This document shows positions 12,580 to 25,807 of a stretch of 64,000 nucleotides of DNA, in pieces. The stretch is from assembly GCF_006345805.1 (NCBI RefSeq), contig NC_043003.1, forward strand, positions 38,626,001 through 38,690,000, read 5' to 3'. The translations under genes and the position numbers were made by a program. The notes below the pieces were generated by a model. The model ran no database searches, had not been told where the DNA came from, and saw nothing but the letters and a program-made list of their open reading frames with translations. Each line of letters opens with the position of its first letter. Position 1 is the stretch's first letter. The DNA comes from Octopus sinensis. Lineage: Eukaryota.

Positions 12580-12790
12580 AGGTGTCGAGCTGGCAGAATC
12601 GTTAGCATACCGGATCAAATACTTAGCGGCATTTGTTCCTTTTTTGCGTTCTGAGTTCAAATTGCACCGAAGTCGACTTTGCCCTTCGTCCTTCGGGTTC
12701 GATAAAATAAGTACCACTTGAGTACTGTGGTCAATGTAATTGACTTACTCCCTGGAAATTGCTAGCCTTGTGCCAAAATCTGAAACCAAT
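12580..12790 (+). mobile_element. SINE family B variant
   Basis: GGTGTCGAGCTGGCAGAATCGTTAGC...GTCGATAAAATAAGTACC-like core. Confidence 0.8.
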
Positions 12791-12814
12791 ATTAATAGGC
12801 GCAGCATGGTTATA

Positions 12815-13009
12815 GGCGTTGGAGTGGCTGTGTGGTAAGTAGCTTGCTTACCAACCACATGATTCCAGGTTCAGTCCCACTGCGTGGTACCTTGCGCAAG
12901 TGTCTTCTACTATAGCCTCTGGCCGACCAAAGCCTTGTGAGTGGATTTGGTTGACGGAAACTGAAAGAAGCTCGTCGTATGTATGTATGTATGTATGTAT
13001 GTATGTATG

Positions 13010-13043
<34 letters not shown>

Positions 13044-13270
13044 TGTATGTATGTGTATATGTTTGTGTGTCTGTGTTTGTCCATCGCTTGACAACCGATG
13101 CTGTTGTTTACGTCCCCGTAACTTAGCAGTTCGGCAAAAGAGAACCGATAGAATAAGTACTAGGCTTACAAAGAATAAGTCCTGGGTCGATTTGCTCGAC
13201 TAAAGGCGGTGCTCCAGCATGGCCACATTCAAATGAATGAAACAAGTAAAAGAGTGAAAACGTAAAGAGT
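12815..13270 (+). mobile_element. SINE family A full copy with (GTAT)n
   Basis: GGAGTGGCTGTGTGGTAAGTAGCTTGC head through ATGAAACAAGTAAAAGAG tail. Confidence 0.9.
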
Positions 13271-14814
13271 ATGCAGTTTAGAAAGTTCGCTTCGCATCTA
13301 CGTAATTTCAGGTTCAACCCTTGAATCGAATGTTTCTCTTCAGAACACTGGCCTTTTGAGTGAAAACGAATAAATAGTATAAAAATAGCAACGAGATCCT
13401 ATTCTTAATAATATATTTTACTGACTATATTTTACATGCAGCGGCAATACACATAAGTTTGGAATGACAACAAGATTTCTTTTTAAGATATATACATTAT
13501 TTATTTTACATATTTTACAATCATGTTTGATGTTGGAAGTTTGTAAGTGTTCGCATGTTTTTGTGTCTGTGTGTTCGTTAGGCGTAAAAAGGTACTGACC
13601 ACTGAATTGTCGATGGGATTTGATTCACAGTTAATGTTGTTGGTATCGGCTTGGCAACAGGTAATACAGATGGCTTAAGGTAGTTCTTAGAAGAAACTAG
13701 AACCCAAGACAGATAATTGATTTACCGTTTATGAGGTACACTGTAAGAGTTCTATATCAAGGTATTGCGTGTCGCAGTTGAGATTAATTGAATCACTCGT
13801 TGTGTTATCTTTCTCTTGATATGAATATACTTCCAGACATGTTACTGTAGCCGTTTTCTTCGTGGCGAGAATTTCACCTAACCGCTATAGTTGAATCTGT
13901 AGTTGTCTCGTGTACAATTTAAATCTTCGATGTTTGTCGATTGGTTCTTGCTGCTTCTTCATCATATGTTCTGCTTGGTTATTTTTCTCTAGTTATAGAT
14001 ATCTTGTAACCGTTTTCTTCATGGTGATATTTCACACTAACAGTATGTTAGGTATCTGTAACATCTTGTATTAATGGTGGTCGCCTGCCTCGAAACTGGA
14101 ACTTGGTCGAGTATTCTCTGTGTGGTCAGAGACTTAGTTCTTAAAAGAACTAAAAGCCTAAGACGAGCTGTGTGGTCAGAGGTTCGCCCTGAGAAGGACT
14201 GGAAACCTAAGACCCATATTTTTCTGAGAAAACCCTGTTTTATAAGCTTCACCAGGCTCCCAGTGAACTTCAGAAATGGAAAGCTGTGATTGGCTGCTTG
14301 GACTATGGCGCGAAAATAAGTCGAGACATTTTGCGCCAAGTTATAACCAGCGGTGCGAGCGTAGTAGAGACCAACGTGTCAACCAATCGAATTAGCGTTT
14401 ACAACAATGTTGAACTAGCCAAAGATGTTTGTAATCTCGACCGAGGTTATTCTTAATACATTTCTCAAACAGTGAAGATAGCACTGAGAGACGATATTGC
14501 TACAATAGGAACTGTGTAGAAGCCCGCTTTAGGGTTTGGTGGGATACATTAAGTCTACCGCCCAATTTAACACCACCACATGATACTTGCATGCATGTAG
14601 TGGAATCCACTCTTTCGCAAGCATTTTGACCAGACCTCCGGTCTGAGAATAACTTAAAAGGATGTGGAAAGCATTATGGGAGCAGTCCTACTTCCTTCAA
14701 CCAATCCATTAAAAAGATAAGTTAACACTAACTTATTATACATGTGATTTCATGTTGATGTAGCGCAGAGGCTGAACGATGCAAATTTATTTTCTTGGTG
14801 AATCTGTGGAAGAA

Positions 14815-15170
14815 GTCATCATCATTGTTCGACCGTGGTCGAGACAATGGAATTTACCATGCTACGCCAGACTTCACGGTCCATCATGGCATTACGGGGG
14901 TCCTGTTGCTGGATGCCTGTATCCCTGGAGATTATATCAGGGTAGGAGAGTGTGCGCCCTCTGGTATTGCGAGTAGATGGCTTCCAGAGGAGATGAGTAG
15001 AAATTACTTCTTTTTCAGCTCTACAACAATGTCCAGCAAACTGGACTCTCCTACCTTTCACAAGAAGTACTTCTTTAGCCTTCGCAAACCCTACGAGAAG
15101 GGCAAGAATAATGGTGTTAATGGACTGCATAAACTGCCACAAGTCGACACACAGTACCATCTTAAGGCAT
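14815..15170 (-). mobile_element. RTE-like LINE 3' end
   Basis: ORF 14822-15193 RRVQFAGHCCRA...LLWKP...RGRTLSYPDII...AMMDREVWR followed by a (GAT)n-type tail. Confidence 0.75.
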
Positions 15171-15779
15171 GAACATACGGGGTAGCTGCCCAAGGGCCTA
15201 ACGGGCTTAGGGGTCCAATTCTAATATATGTGTTGTGGCTGGTTGTCAATGGATAAATACTATAAAACTCAGTGCATTGATTTGCTCAGGTACTTATAAT
15301 ACTGTTAAGACGCCCTTGTCGACACTTGCAGGGAACATATGAGCAAATAGAAGAATTCCAGAGAAATGACGTTCAATGGAGGAAAAAGAAATGGGCTTTG
15401 TGGTTAGTGAAAGAATCGAGGCTTTGGAAGCAAAATGAACGATGGGAAAAGTAGAGCTTGGAAGTACATCAGTGGAGAGGACACGAAACGAGAAAGCTTC
15501 GAAGAACAGAAGTTATTATAGTAGCAGTACACAAGGAAGAGAGAGAGAAAGAAAGAGAGAGAGAGAGAGGCTGAAACTTGTAGTTATCTATCTGCACATT
15601 CACAACGTGCGTATAAGTATGCGTTTTTCTTATATATATTGATGTGTTATATTGATATATTCATGATAATTTAATTGCTAACGATTTATTTCTAAGCCAA
15701 ATAAAATAAACTTAACACTCAAAGTTCTGAATGATGTAGAAAATAAAAATATAGTCAACCACGAGATATTACGTGTGAG

Positions 15780-15855
<76 letters not shown>

Positions 15856-15894
15856 TCATCCATCCATCCATCCATACATACATACATACATACA

Positions 15895-15925
<31 letters not shown>

Positions 15926-16183
15926 GTATAAATCTTAGAAAAAAAACAAACACACAGAACCGTATGAAATTCAGCTACCCAGGGTTTCTTGGTCGGAATA
16001 TCAAATTGCTAGCCCACCATGTTGAAATAGCCAACTTAAGAAATGGTGAAATAAATTTTATATTCTTTCCAGGAAACCCTTGGTAACTGAATTACCCATG
16101 TGTTTTTTTTTTTGTGCGGTTTTTATCAATAACATCTTTTAGTTCTTAACTGATCGAGTGCTCTACTACTTCTTCATACCGCA

Positions 16184-16228
<45 letters not shown>

Positions 16229-16255
16229 ACACACACATACACACACACATACACA

Positions 16256-16817
16256 CGAGGTCTGATCAAAAAGTATCGGAAATGTTACTAATAGCAACAA
16301 ATCTAAAGCACGCAAAGTGAAGCCGTTTGACACAGATTGACCGTGAACACTGTCGCACATGCACGCTTAGCTATAAAGTTCTTGCTCACTTTCGCTGTTC
16401 ATAGCTTTGAAGTAAAGTGTACAGAGTGTGGTCGCCTCAAAAAGAGGATCAAATTTTTGTTGCGCAGTTTCTCCTTGGTTGTTTCGAGGAAATGAAAGCT
16501 TTTGGGAAACGGTCATAACAGGTAATAAATTGTCCGTCAATAGCTATGACTCCAAAACTAAGGCAAAAATCAATTCCCACTCGAAAGAAACGAGAATTCA
16601 AGACATCAAGGAAATCCAAGAGAATGCGATAAGGCAGCTAGCTGCTCGCTTTCCCAAAAATGGAATCCCAAGAATGTTTCTATCGATGGAAACGACTCTG
16701 AATAAGGCGTGTGGCTTTGGAAGAGGAATACTTCAAAGGAGATTAAATACTGAATTGATATGGGTCGTAGTTTTTCTTTTTATAGTACCAGTCCCGATAC
16801 TTTTTGATCAGATCTCG
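16256..16817 (+). mobile_element. Internally deleted mariner element
   Basis: TIRs CGAGGTCTGATCAAAAAGTATCGG / CCGATACTTTTTGATCAGATCTCG; residual transposase motifs VITG..YD..TK and QDIKEIQENA.RQL. Confidence 0.85.
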
Positions 16818-17137
16818 TTGGCTTGAATGATTTGCCATATTCGTTTTGCTCTCTGAGTTCAAATCCCGTCAATATCAACTTTGCCTTTCATCCTTTCTAG
16901 GTCGATAAAGTTTGCAAATTTGGAGTAATTTTAGCCATTAGAAAGCAACAGATACCTTGAAGCCTGTGTCCACAGTAACAAGCCAAGCTGCAGTCTTCTT
17001 TGACGAGTGTCTAATTTCAGAACTTTCGTTTTTGAATTTTCGCTACAAAAAAGGTTTTTATTGTTTACATGAGATGAACTTTTGGAATTTTTTCACAAAA
17101 ATATTTTATAGGGGATTTTTTTCTTTTTTAATTGTTT

Positions 17138-17390
17138 ACATGCCTGTTCAACCGTTTCGGCCTTAACCTTAATCCTGCACCCTGACCCTAATTCTAGCCC
17201 TTAACTTCAACCCTATCTCTAACCCCTAACACTAAACACTAGCTCTAACTCTAATCCCTAATTCTAACCCTAAACCCCTACCTTAACGTACAGTTTGTTT
17301 GTTTTATAATTTTGTAAAAAAGAAAGAAATTGTTGAGGCTTTTTTTTTCCTTTTAAAATTTTTAACATGCCTGTTCGAGCGTTTCACGTT
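17138..17390. repeat. Degenerate (CCCTAA)n tract between ACATGCCTGTTC direct repeats
   Basis: About 20 degenerate hexamers at 17160-17287; ACATGCCTGTTC at about 17138 and 17366; similar tract in opposite orientation at 5550-5600. Confidence 0.6.
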
Positions 17391-17938
17391 GCTTTATTCA
17401 TTAAAACTTATTAAAACCTCAAAATTTCTTACAACTTTCGTTGTCGTAATGTTTTGCTTTTATTTTGCAATGGACACATATGCAGAAAATGTCATCTTCC
17501 AAATCTCGTTTACTGATTGGATAAAAATGAACAAACTTTAAACCTCTGTAGCAGTTTCTAAAGTTTTTTTTCTGGAACAAGTGAATTTAGATTCAGAGTG
17601 AAAGATTACATCAATATACCAAACTTGAAAATTTTCACTTAATTTAAAATTTCAAAAACTATAACAGCAACAGAAAAGATCACAGAAGACTAAAGGGAAA
17701 GAGAAAAATAAAGGGCGAGAAGAGAGTGAGAGAAAAAAAAAGAAAGAAAGAGAGAGGTGGGCAGATGAAAGAAGAAAGAAAACGTAAAAGGCGGGGAGTT
17801 ATGTAAACAGGAAGATTTGGTTAGGTAATACTTTAGGTATCTGTAAACAGGAGAGGAGAAGGATTAAGGTGAGAGATGAGGGTCAAACAATGAGTGAATA
17901 AAAGCTAAGTGTAAAGAAAGGAAGGAGAATAACTAATA

Positions 17939-18448
17939 CGGTACCGGATCACTTATCCGGCTTCCAGAAATCCGGAAATACTGTGCAATATTGCAGCCTG
18001 TATTGAGTAAACAGACCGTGATTTTGAAGTTGCTTCATTTGTAAGGTGTATAAAAGATAGTTATTTTCTTTACTTCTTTTAAGTGGGTTGATAACGATTA
18101 AACCCACTTAAAAGTGTGTTAGAAGTGTGTTAATTTATATCAGTATTTGTTTAACAAAATCAAGTTCTTTACTTTTCTTCGCTTAATTTTCAAACTACAG
18201 ACATAAAATTGTACACATGATACAATATGATTTAAAATTTAAGAATTTTAGGCGAACTGATAAATATCTAACAGACCCTGCTTCAGAAGTGTATTAATTT
18301 GAATCTGTTAAGCATGTTTTTGCTCATTACTTTTCATAGTTTATTTCGTATTTTAAGTATATATTTAGCTTGTCTTCAGAAAACAGGAGAATCCAAAAAT
18401 CTGGGACACTTTCTGTCCCAAGCATACCGGTTAATTGGCCCTGTACTG
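17939..18448. mobile_element. Old Tigger/pogo-like MITE
   Basis: Imperfect TIRs CGGTACCGGATCACTTATCCGG / CCGGTTAATTGGCCCTGTACTG. Confidence 0.45.
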
Positions 18449-19088
18449 TTATAGGGAAAGAAAATATCGTGGTTTCGTGAAAGATTGCATTATATAAGTT
18501 CACAGAGAGAAGAACCGATAAGAAGTTGCTGACTTGCGTAACAGACGATGAAGGAGGTGGAAGAAAACATTAGAGTGGGTAATTTCAAGTAAAAAGAGAT
18601 AAAGAAAAAACTAAGAAAGAGATAAGGGAGACAGTGATATAACAGAGAGTGAGTGTGTAATTGATTGATTTATAAGACAGACAGACAGACAGACAGACAG
18701 ACGGACAGATAGCTAGTAAGCTCGACAGATAAGGAAGCAAACAGGACATGGATGTAAAAATGTAGAGAAAGGAAGTTAAGGGAAAAGGACAGAGCGTGTA
18801 AGAAAAGAATAACCAAAGGGTCAAGCGAAATGATTGATGAAGACCAACTTTTGTAACAATAATACTTGGAAAAAGAGAAAGAGGGCACAGTTGGAAAAGA
18901 TCGGAAATGAAAGAAGCGGTTAAAATAATGATTTCTGAACTGAAATGGGCCAATATGAATTGTTTTTAACAACTATAGATATTTTGTAAACATTTTAAAG
19001 TGTTTTCTAGACAATGTATTTTATTTAACGAGCTAGCTTTCCATAGTTTGCGTGGTCTTGTCTTTGTATACTAGCGACATGAATCACG

Positions 19089-19153
<65 letters not shown>

Positions 19154-21026
19154 CAGACATACAGACAGAAACACAGAGGAGAAAGAGAGAGACACAAACA
19201 GACAGATGGACGGACGGAGAGAAAGACAGAGAGGGATAATGCGAAGGAAACTGAGTGGGATATACGAGTGAGAAAGATGATTAGATGCTATAGTCGTTAT
19301 ATGAAATAAGGGAAGAGAAAGAGAAGACAGGAAAAAAACTTGAGAGAAATAGAGTTATGAGTCAGGATAATGACAGAGAGAGAGGGGGGAATATGTGAGT
19401 GATTGAGAGGTTAGAGAGTAAGAAGTGAGAAAAAATGAGTGTGTACTGGCAATGTTTTAATGTAGGGAACCAACGAGAGTAGGAACACACACAGACATAG
19501 AGAGTGGCCTCATGTCAGAGTTATTATTGTTGTAGAGACTAAGGTCAACTCTGATCAAGGTGACCTAATATCACTTGCATTCCAGTTGTGATAATGCTCA
19601 GGGTGCGTAAGCCAGCATTTGGCCTGCGTGTTCTTTCTCAAACCAGCAGGGTATGATTTGAATGAAATTTGGGTTCTGTTTCTAGCAACCCGAGTGACCG
19701 CTATGGGTCCGTATGTGCAGTCACGTGTTGTATGTAATCAAGAAGATAAGCCCATACGTATTTGTCCGGTCAGCTTAGCTTAGTAACAAACACGCCAGCG
19801 TGCCGAATATATACGGCTTGGTGAGACAAGCAGGATAAACAGAACTCAATACATAAAAATACATATTCTTTAATCAGCAGTAAGTTACAAAAGTGACTCA
19901 AGGACCATGTTCAGAAGTACCATGTCCGAAAGTTACTGGTTCTTGAGTCATTTGTGTATAACTTTCTACCGATTGTGGCTATGTGGTAAGAAGTTTGCTT
20001 CCCAACCACACGGTTCCGGGTTCAGTCCCTTTGCGTGGAAACTTGGGCAAGAATCTTCTAGGATCTTTACCTTTTGACCGGCAGATTTAGAAAATATTTT
20101 TTTGTAACTAAACACTTTCAAACTTCGTATACTGGAAGAATGTGTTATATAAAATATCTTTTTACTCTTAGCGCTTTTGAGAAAAGTTTATATTTACGTA
20201 GTTATTTCGTTTTAAAGTTGTCGTATTTCGGTTATTTCAACCAATCAATGACGTGTATTCAGCTGAATAAAATCAACAACAACAAAATTACCAAATGTTG
20301 CATCACGAGAATAATGGTGTGTGAATAATGAAAGTAATGTTTCTTCGAATTACTCACTTCTGTACTATAATAAAGAAAGCTGCTTATCATCTATCTACTA
20401 AATAAACTATGTTTTTTGGCACAATAACTAATTTTTTACTACTGAAATAACCTTGGAAACGAGGTCGGGCCACACAATTTTCAGGTCATTTTCGGGCAAT
20501 ATTTCGATACTGTCGTCACATACGGTGGGGATATGGGGAAGATTAAAATTTTGAAAACATGATTTCTGAGCAAAATCGTATTAACCTCCTTTTATACGAT
20601 CACATAGTTTATGATCCTTCTTAAGAACAGAAAGCACTTTCATGCAAACCCATGCAAATTGTACCCTCCCCTACTTTACTTTGAAACAAACAATGGTTTC
20701 CATTATGCCAGTAATCCAGTTTACTATATATCAACTGTGCCGATTCTGCCCATAAGAAAGGAACAAATAATACAATGTGGCTGTAGGTCATAACATCCGG
20801 ATGTATTGCTTGTGTGTGTGTGTGTGTGTGTGTGTGTATACAGAGAGAGAGAGAAAGGCAGGCAGACAGAGAGTATATATATATATATATATATATAACG
20901 GTAAGCTTTATGAAAATAGACAAAAGACGAAGGAAGGTTTACGGAAATAAACAAAAGACGAAGGCAGGTGGAATACAGACAAACAATTGTATTAGTATGG
21001 CGCTCAGGAAATATAAATGAAACAAG

Positions 21027-21064
21027 TCTTTAACGTTTCGAGCCTACGCTCTTCGACAGAAAGA
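21027..21064 (-). ncRNA. Minimal type I hammerhead-like motif (CUGUCGA core variant) in the PLE 3' pLTR
   Basis: TCTTT-CTGTCGA-A-GAGC-GTAG-GCTC-GAAAC-GTT-AAAGA; stems I and II pair. Confidence 0.75.
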
Positions 21065-21231
21065 TACACAGAGAAAAAAAACACAGAAAGAAGGAGAGAA
21101 AAAAATATGCGTGCAAAAGCTAGCGAATCAACATGGCGATCTGATTTCGGCCAGAAGTCAAAGATCAAACATGAGACGCAAGAGCGAAATTAGGGGAGAT
21201 AATAGGGTTGAATGACCCCCGCTCAAACATA

Positions 21232-21271
<40 letters not shown>

Positions 21272-21753
21272 AGAAGAGTGTGTGTGTGTGTGTATGAGAG
21301 AGTATTAGTGCGTATGAGAGGTCTAGACGTGTGTATGTATATATGATGTGATGTGTAAAGTCGTATGGTGTAGTGTAGAGAGGAGAAGAGGGGGTATTAG
21401 TGCGTATGAGAGGTCTAGACGTGTGTATGTATATATGATGTGATGTGTAAAGTCGTATGGTGTAGTGTAGAGAGAGGAGAAGAGGGGTGAGGGGTGGGGG
21501 GAGAAGAGGGGAGAAGGAAAGGGGAGAAGTGGAGGGGGAAAAGAAAGGAGAGGAGAAGGGGAGGAGGGAGGATAGAGGGAGAGGGGGAGAGAGAGAGAAG
21601 GGGAGTGAGGGAGCAGAGGGAAGGGGAAGAGGGAAGAAGGAGGGAGGGAGAAAGAGGGAAGAAGGGAAGAGGAGTAGGAGTGAAAGGATGAAGGACTGAA
21701 GAGAAGTAGGGGTCGGGGGGAGGTTAGATGAGGAGGGGGAGAGGGGGGTTAGA

Positions 21754-23535
21754 TTAGGAGGGGGGAGAGTTGAGACCAAATGGCATATAAGAGCGAAGAG
21801 AGAAGATTAATTCCTGTTCACGGCGCAAACGGGAATCCGGATGGCCTCTGTGTAAGGACAAACCGAACACAGACAGGTGTTGCAAGGAGTGACCGGTGGA
21901 GCGGAAATGGCGTGAGACCGGTGTGTCGTTCGCAAGGTGGATGTCACGAAGGTGTTCCGCAAACCGGTCAGCCAAGCGGCGTCCCTTTGTCCGATGTACA
22001 GGGAATGGCAGAGAGAGCAAGAGACGCATAGATAATATTGCTGGAGGTGCAGGTGAAGGAGTTGATGATGCGAAAGGTCGATGATGGGTGCCAGTGAGGA
22101 GGGTGGTGTTGGAGAGGTAAGGGCAAGTGCGGCAACGTGGGCGGGAGCAGGGGAACGAGCCAGGTTGGGAGGTAGGGTCAGGGAAGGAGCTATGGACCAA
22201 AAGGTCTCGAAGGTTATGGGCTCGTTTGAAAGAGGGGAGGGGTCGGTTAGGGAAGAGGTGTGAAGTGGACGGGTCGGACTGGAGATGACGGAAGGCTCGA
22301 AGAATGGTGCGTTGGAGAGGTAGGGTCGTGGGGTGGTAAGTGAGGGGAAAAGGGAGGCGGGAGACTACAGGGCGGGTTCGGGGAGAGAGAGCAGATACAC
22401 GGTCCACGGAACGTGCTCTGGCAAGGGCGGTGTGGATAGTGGTGAGGGGGTATCCACGTAGGATGAAGTGATGAGCCATACGTTGAGACTGAGTCTCAAA
22501 GTCATGGTCGTCACTACAGAGCCTACGTAGACGGAGGAATTGGGAATAGGGGATGGAAAGCTTGGTGTGTTCTGGGTGGGAGGAAGAGAAGTTGAGGTAA
22601 GAGTGTGAGTCTGTGTGTTTGTAGTGAATGGAGGTGGTAAGAGTGGAGTGAAGAATGCTAACCGAAATGTCGAGGAAGGAGACAGAGGTGTAGGAGATAG
22701 TGGAAGTGAAGTGGAGGGCTGGATGGAAAGATTGAACAAAAGAGAGGAAGGAATCTAGATGTCCACGGGAGAGTGAGGTGGCACCGATAATGTCGTCAAT
22801 GTAACGACCATATAGTTCAGGAGTGGGACCAGTGAAATTAGAGAATATTTGGGCCTCAACATAGCCAACGAACAGGTTTGCATAGTTGGGGCCCATTCGC
22901 GTTCCCATGGCCACTCCCGAGATCTGATGGTAGAACTCGCCCGTGAACGAGAAGCAGTTAAGAGTAAGGACAAGTTCGGCCAGACGAATGAGTGTGGAGG
23001 TGTCAGGTTCAGGGTTGGAGCGGAGGTCAAGAAAGTGTTGAAGTGCCTGCAGTCCTTCGTGGTGAGGGATAACGGTATAGAGGCTCTGAATGTCCATAGT
23101 AAAAAGGATTTTGGAGGAGCCGGGAGGAAAGGAGAAAGAGTTGAAAAGCCGGAGAGCATGGTTGGTATCGTGGATGTGGGAGGGAAGAGATGCCACTAGG
23201 GGGGCAAGGACACGGTCGAGGTATTTAGAGATGAGCTCCGTGGGGCAGTTACAGGCGGAGACGATGGGGCGGCCAGGGTTGTTGGGTTTGTGGATTTTTG
23301 GGGAGGAAGTAAATGGTGGGGGTACGTGGGGTTTGCACAATTAGGTTGGATGCGGTGTGGGGGAGACGGGAGGACGAGATGAGGTCGCGGACAGTAGAGG
23401 ATACCGTCTGTTGGTAGCTACGTGTGGAGTTAGAGGACAGAGGGGAATAGAAGGAGGTGTCATTGAGTTGGCGGAAAGCCTCGGCCCTGTAGAGGTCCGC
23501 GCGCCACACCACTACAGCTCCACCCTTGTCAGATA
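21754..23535 (-). pseudogene. Penelope-like RT / GIY-YIG endonuclease ORF, 5'-truncated, with four 1-bp frameshifts
   Basis: DKGGAVVVW, YFLPKIHKPNNPGRPIVS, MDIQSLYT, QISGVAMGTRMGPNYANLF, RYIDD, FLD, PCSRPRCRTC Zn linker, reconstructable NIIYC-SC--C---YIGQTGRRL-DRFAEH, REQELI...PFGLN. Confidence 0.93.
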
Positions 23536-23545
23536 TTAGAATTTG

Positions 23546-24270
23546 TTCCACCTGCCTAAGAGATTTCCACACAGTTCCAGTAGAGTCACGATCCTTGTCA
23601 TAAGTCTGCTCTTAGGTGAGGCCTATATTTGTTAGGTCCGTCTCCATAGTCCTCAACCGAGGCTTCACAAGTCAATCTCGTATTCTACGTCTCCTACGCC
23701 TCTCTGGTTTCAGTTCGAGAAAGGCTATCATCGAACTTGCCATGGTTATACTTATCCCGTTGGTTACTCAACCTGGCTATTTTCTTTGACGTCTTCATTC
23801 GTGATGTTGTCGCACCAAGAAATTCTACGCATGGTTCTAAGGTAATGTATGTTGAAGACATTTGAATTTCCGTAGATTTGGTGGTCCCTTTCCACGTTTC
23901 ACAGGTATAAGTGACTGCCAGCATGACGATGGATCTCTATATAAGTAGTTTGGTGTCTTGGTTAATGGAAGAGTTGAGCCACACAGACATCAAGTGCTAG
24001 AAGACAGCTGTAATTTTGCCGAGTCATTTCTCCACGTTACTTTCCGTACTTCCATCTTGAGCGATGTTACTGCTCAGATAAGGCAGGAACTCATCGATTT
24101 CCAGCAGAACTTGCTGCTGTGCCACACCAATAATCCCCACTTTCGTCTTTGCATTACTGATCTGAGGCCGTCCCTTGTTCTACTTTTTGCAGAGACTTGC
24201 AGTCATGCCTTGCGTTATCGTAGGTGTTGTGCAAAGGAGTCCCGGATCGTCGGCAAAGTCAAGATCTATG
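23546..24270 (-). mobile_element. Degraded RTE LINE RT fragment
   Basis: Minus strand GATCTTGACTTTGCCGACGAT (DLDFADD) at about 24245-24265; TYTCETW motif in ORF 23694-23924. Confidence 0.75.
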
Positions 24271-24769
24271 AGCCTTCCTTGTTATCATTTGATGTCATGT
24301 TTACATTACAGAAAACAATTTTCAAGAAGATATATTTATTGAAGTTGGTTAGGAAGCGAAGATCTATGCCCATAAATATCGGTGTGGAATTGAAAATGGT
24401 AGTGGTGTACATTAGTGCGAACACTGTCAGAGCTGGCCGTCTGTGTCTAACTTCACCCTCCACCTTGGCTCCTGGGCAAAAAATTAAATAGTTTTAAATA
24501 CACCTCATGAGTAATGCTTGCAGGCAAACTAATGAACAGAATCGGCTGCGTCTTCTTTTTATGCGTGTTGTTCGGGAATCCGGATGAGGTAACGTTTAAC
24601 TTATTCCCGCTATAGCGGGAATACGGCAAGACAGGGCCAACCCTTTTTTCCTTATTTGCTGCTTAAAATACATATTACAAAAGATGCAGAATAAGAATAA
24701 TACAAATGAGGAACATTTTATTTCCTATATGACTAATTAGCAAGGAGATTTCTTTTATAATTAACAACA

Positions 24770-25150
24770 GGTGCAGGCTAGGCTGTGTTGTTCAGAAGCA
24801 TGTTTCCCAATCATGTGGTCTTCGGTTCAGGCCCATTGCACAGAATCTTGGACAAGTGTCTTCTAGCACAGCACCGAGTCGACTAAAGCCTTCGGACGAA
24901 AACTGAAAAGAAGCCTGTCTTGTATGTGTGTGTCTTTATATTTGTCCGCCCTCCCACCGCTTGACAACCAATATTAGTTTGTTTACGTCCCAGTGACTTA
25001 GAGGTTTGGCAAAAAGACACCGATAGATAATTACCAGACTTATATATAAGTACTGAGGTCGATTTATTAACTAAACCCTTCAAGGCAGTGCCCCAGGTTG
25101 GCTGCAACCCACTAACTGAAACAAGTGAAAGGTAAAAAGGAAAGATAAAA
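24770..25150 (+). mobile_element. SINE family A, old diverged copy
   Basis: Recognisable head, body and tail motifs. Confidence 0.7.
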
Positions 25151-25394
25151 TATATCCTTGTGGTTAGTGATATAACCTATGGCGAGCCAATCCCAACGCC
25201 TTACTGTATTTGACTACATCCCTTTACCTTCTGATTTCAAATTTCCTCGAGTTCAACTTTACCTGAGTCCATCCAAAATCGATAAAATAAGTATCACTAA
25301 CAAGCATGTGTGTCTGTATAATCGATTGTTGCACCAACCTAAATCTACATCAATCCCAGAATTAATTCATTATTATCTTCAAGAAAGCAACGAA

Positions 25395-25690
25395 CGAGCA
25401 GAATCGTCAGCACGCCGGGCAAAATTCTTAACGGCATTTTGTCTGTCTTTACGTTCTGAGTTCAAATTCCGCCGAGGTCGACTTTGCCTTTCATCCTTTC
25501 GGGGTAGATTAAATAAGTACTAGCTACGCACTGGGGTCGATATAATCGACTTAATCCATTTGTCTGTCCTCGTTTGTCCTCTCTGTGTTTAGCCCCTTGT
25601 GGGTAGTAAAGAAATAGGCATTTTGTCTGTTTTTATGTTCTGTGTTCAAGTTCTGCCGAGGATAACTTTGCCTTTCATCCTTTCGGGCTG
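25395..25690 (+). mobile_element. SINE family B with partial 184-bp tandem re-entry
   Basis: GGCATTTTGTCTGT at 25433 and 25617. Confidence 0.85.
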
Positions 25691-25724
25691 GATGAAAAAC
25701 ACTCCAGCCCATGTGCCACGCACC

Positions 25725-25807
<83 letters not shown>

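Larger units (their letters stand above)
20899..23545 (-). mobile_element. 5'-truncated Penelope-like retroelement (Neptune-type) with 3' pLTR ending in (TA)n
   Basis: RT + GIY-YIG ORF followed on the minus strand by a pyrimidine-rich UTR, a hammerhead-like motif and (TA)n. Confidence 0.92.

Noticed and set aside
21780-23539. Plus-strand and alternative-frame ORFs over the Penelope ORF
   Set aside because: Shadow ORFs of a GC-rich coding region.
23958-24491. 177-aa plus-strand ORF
   Set aside because: Mostly antisense to a decayed RTE RT fragment; no recognisable domain.
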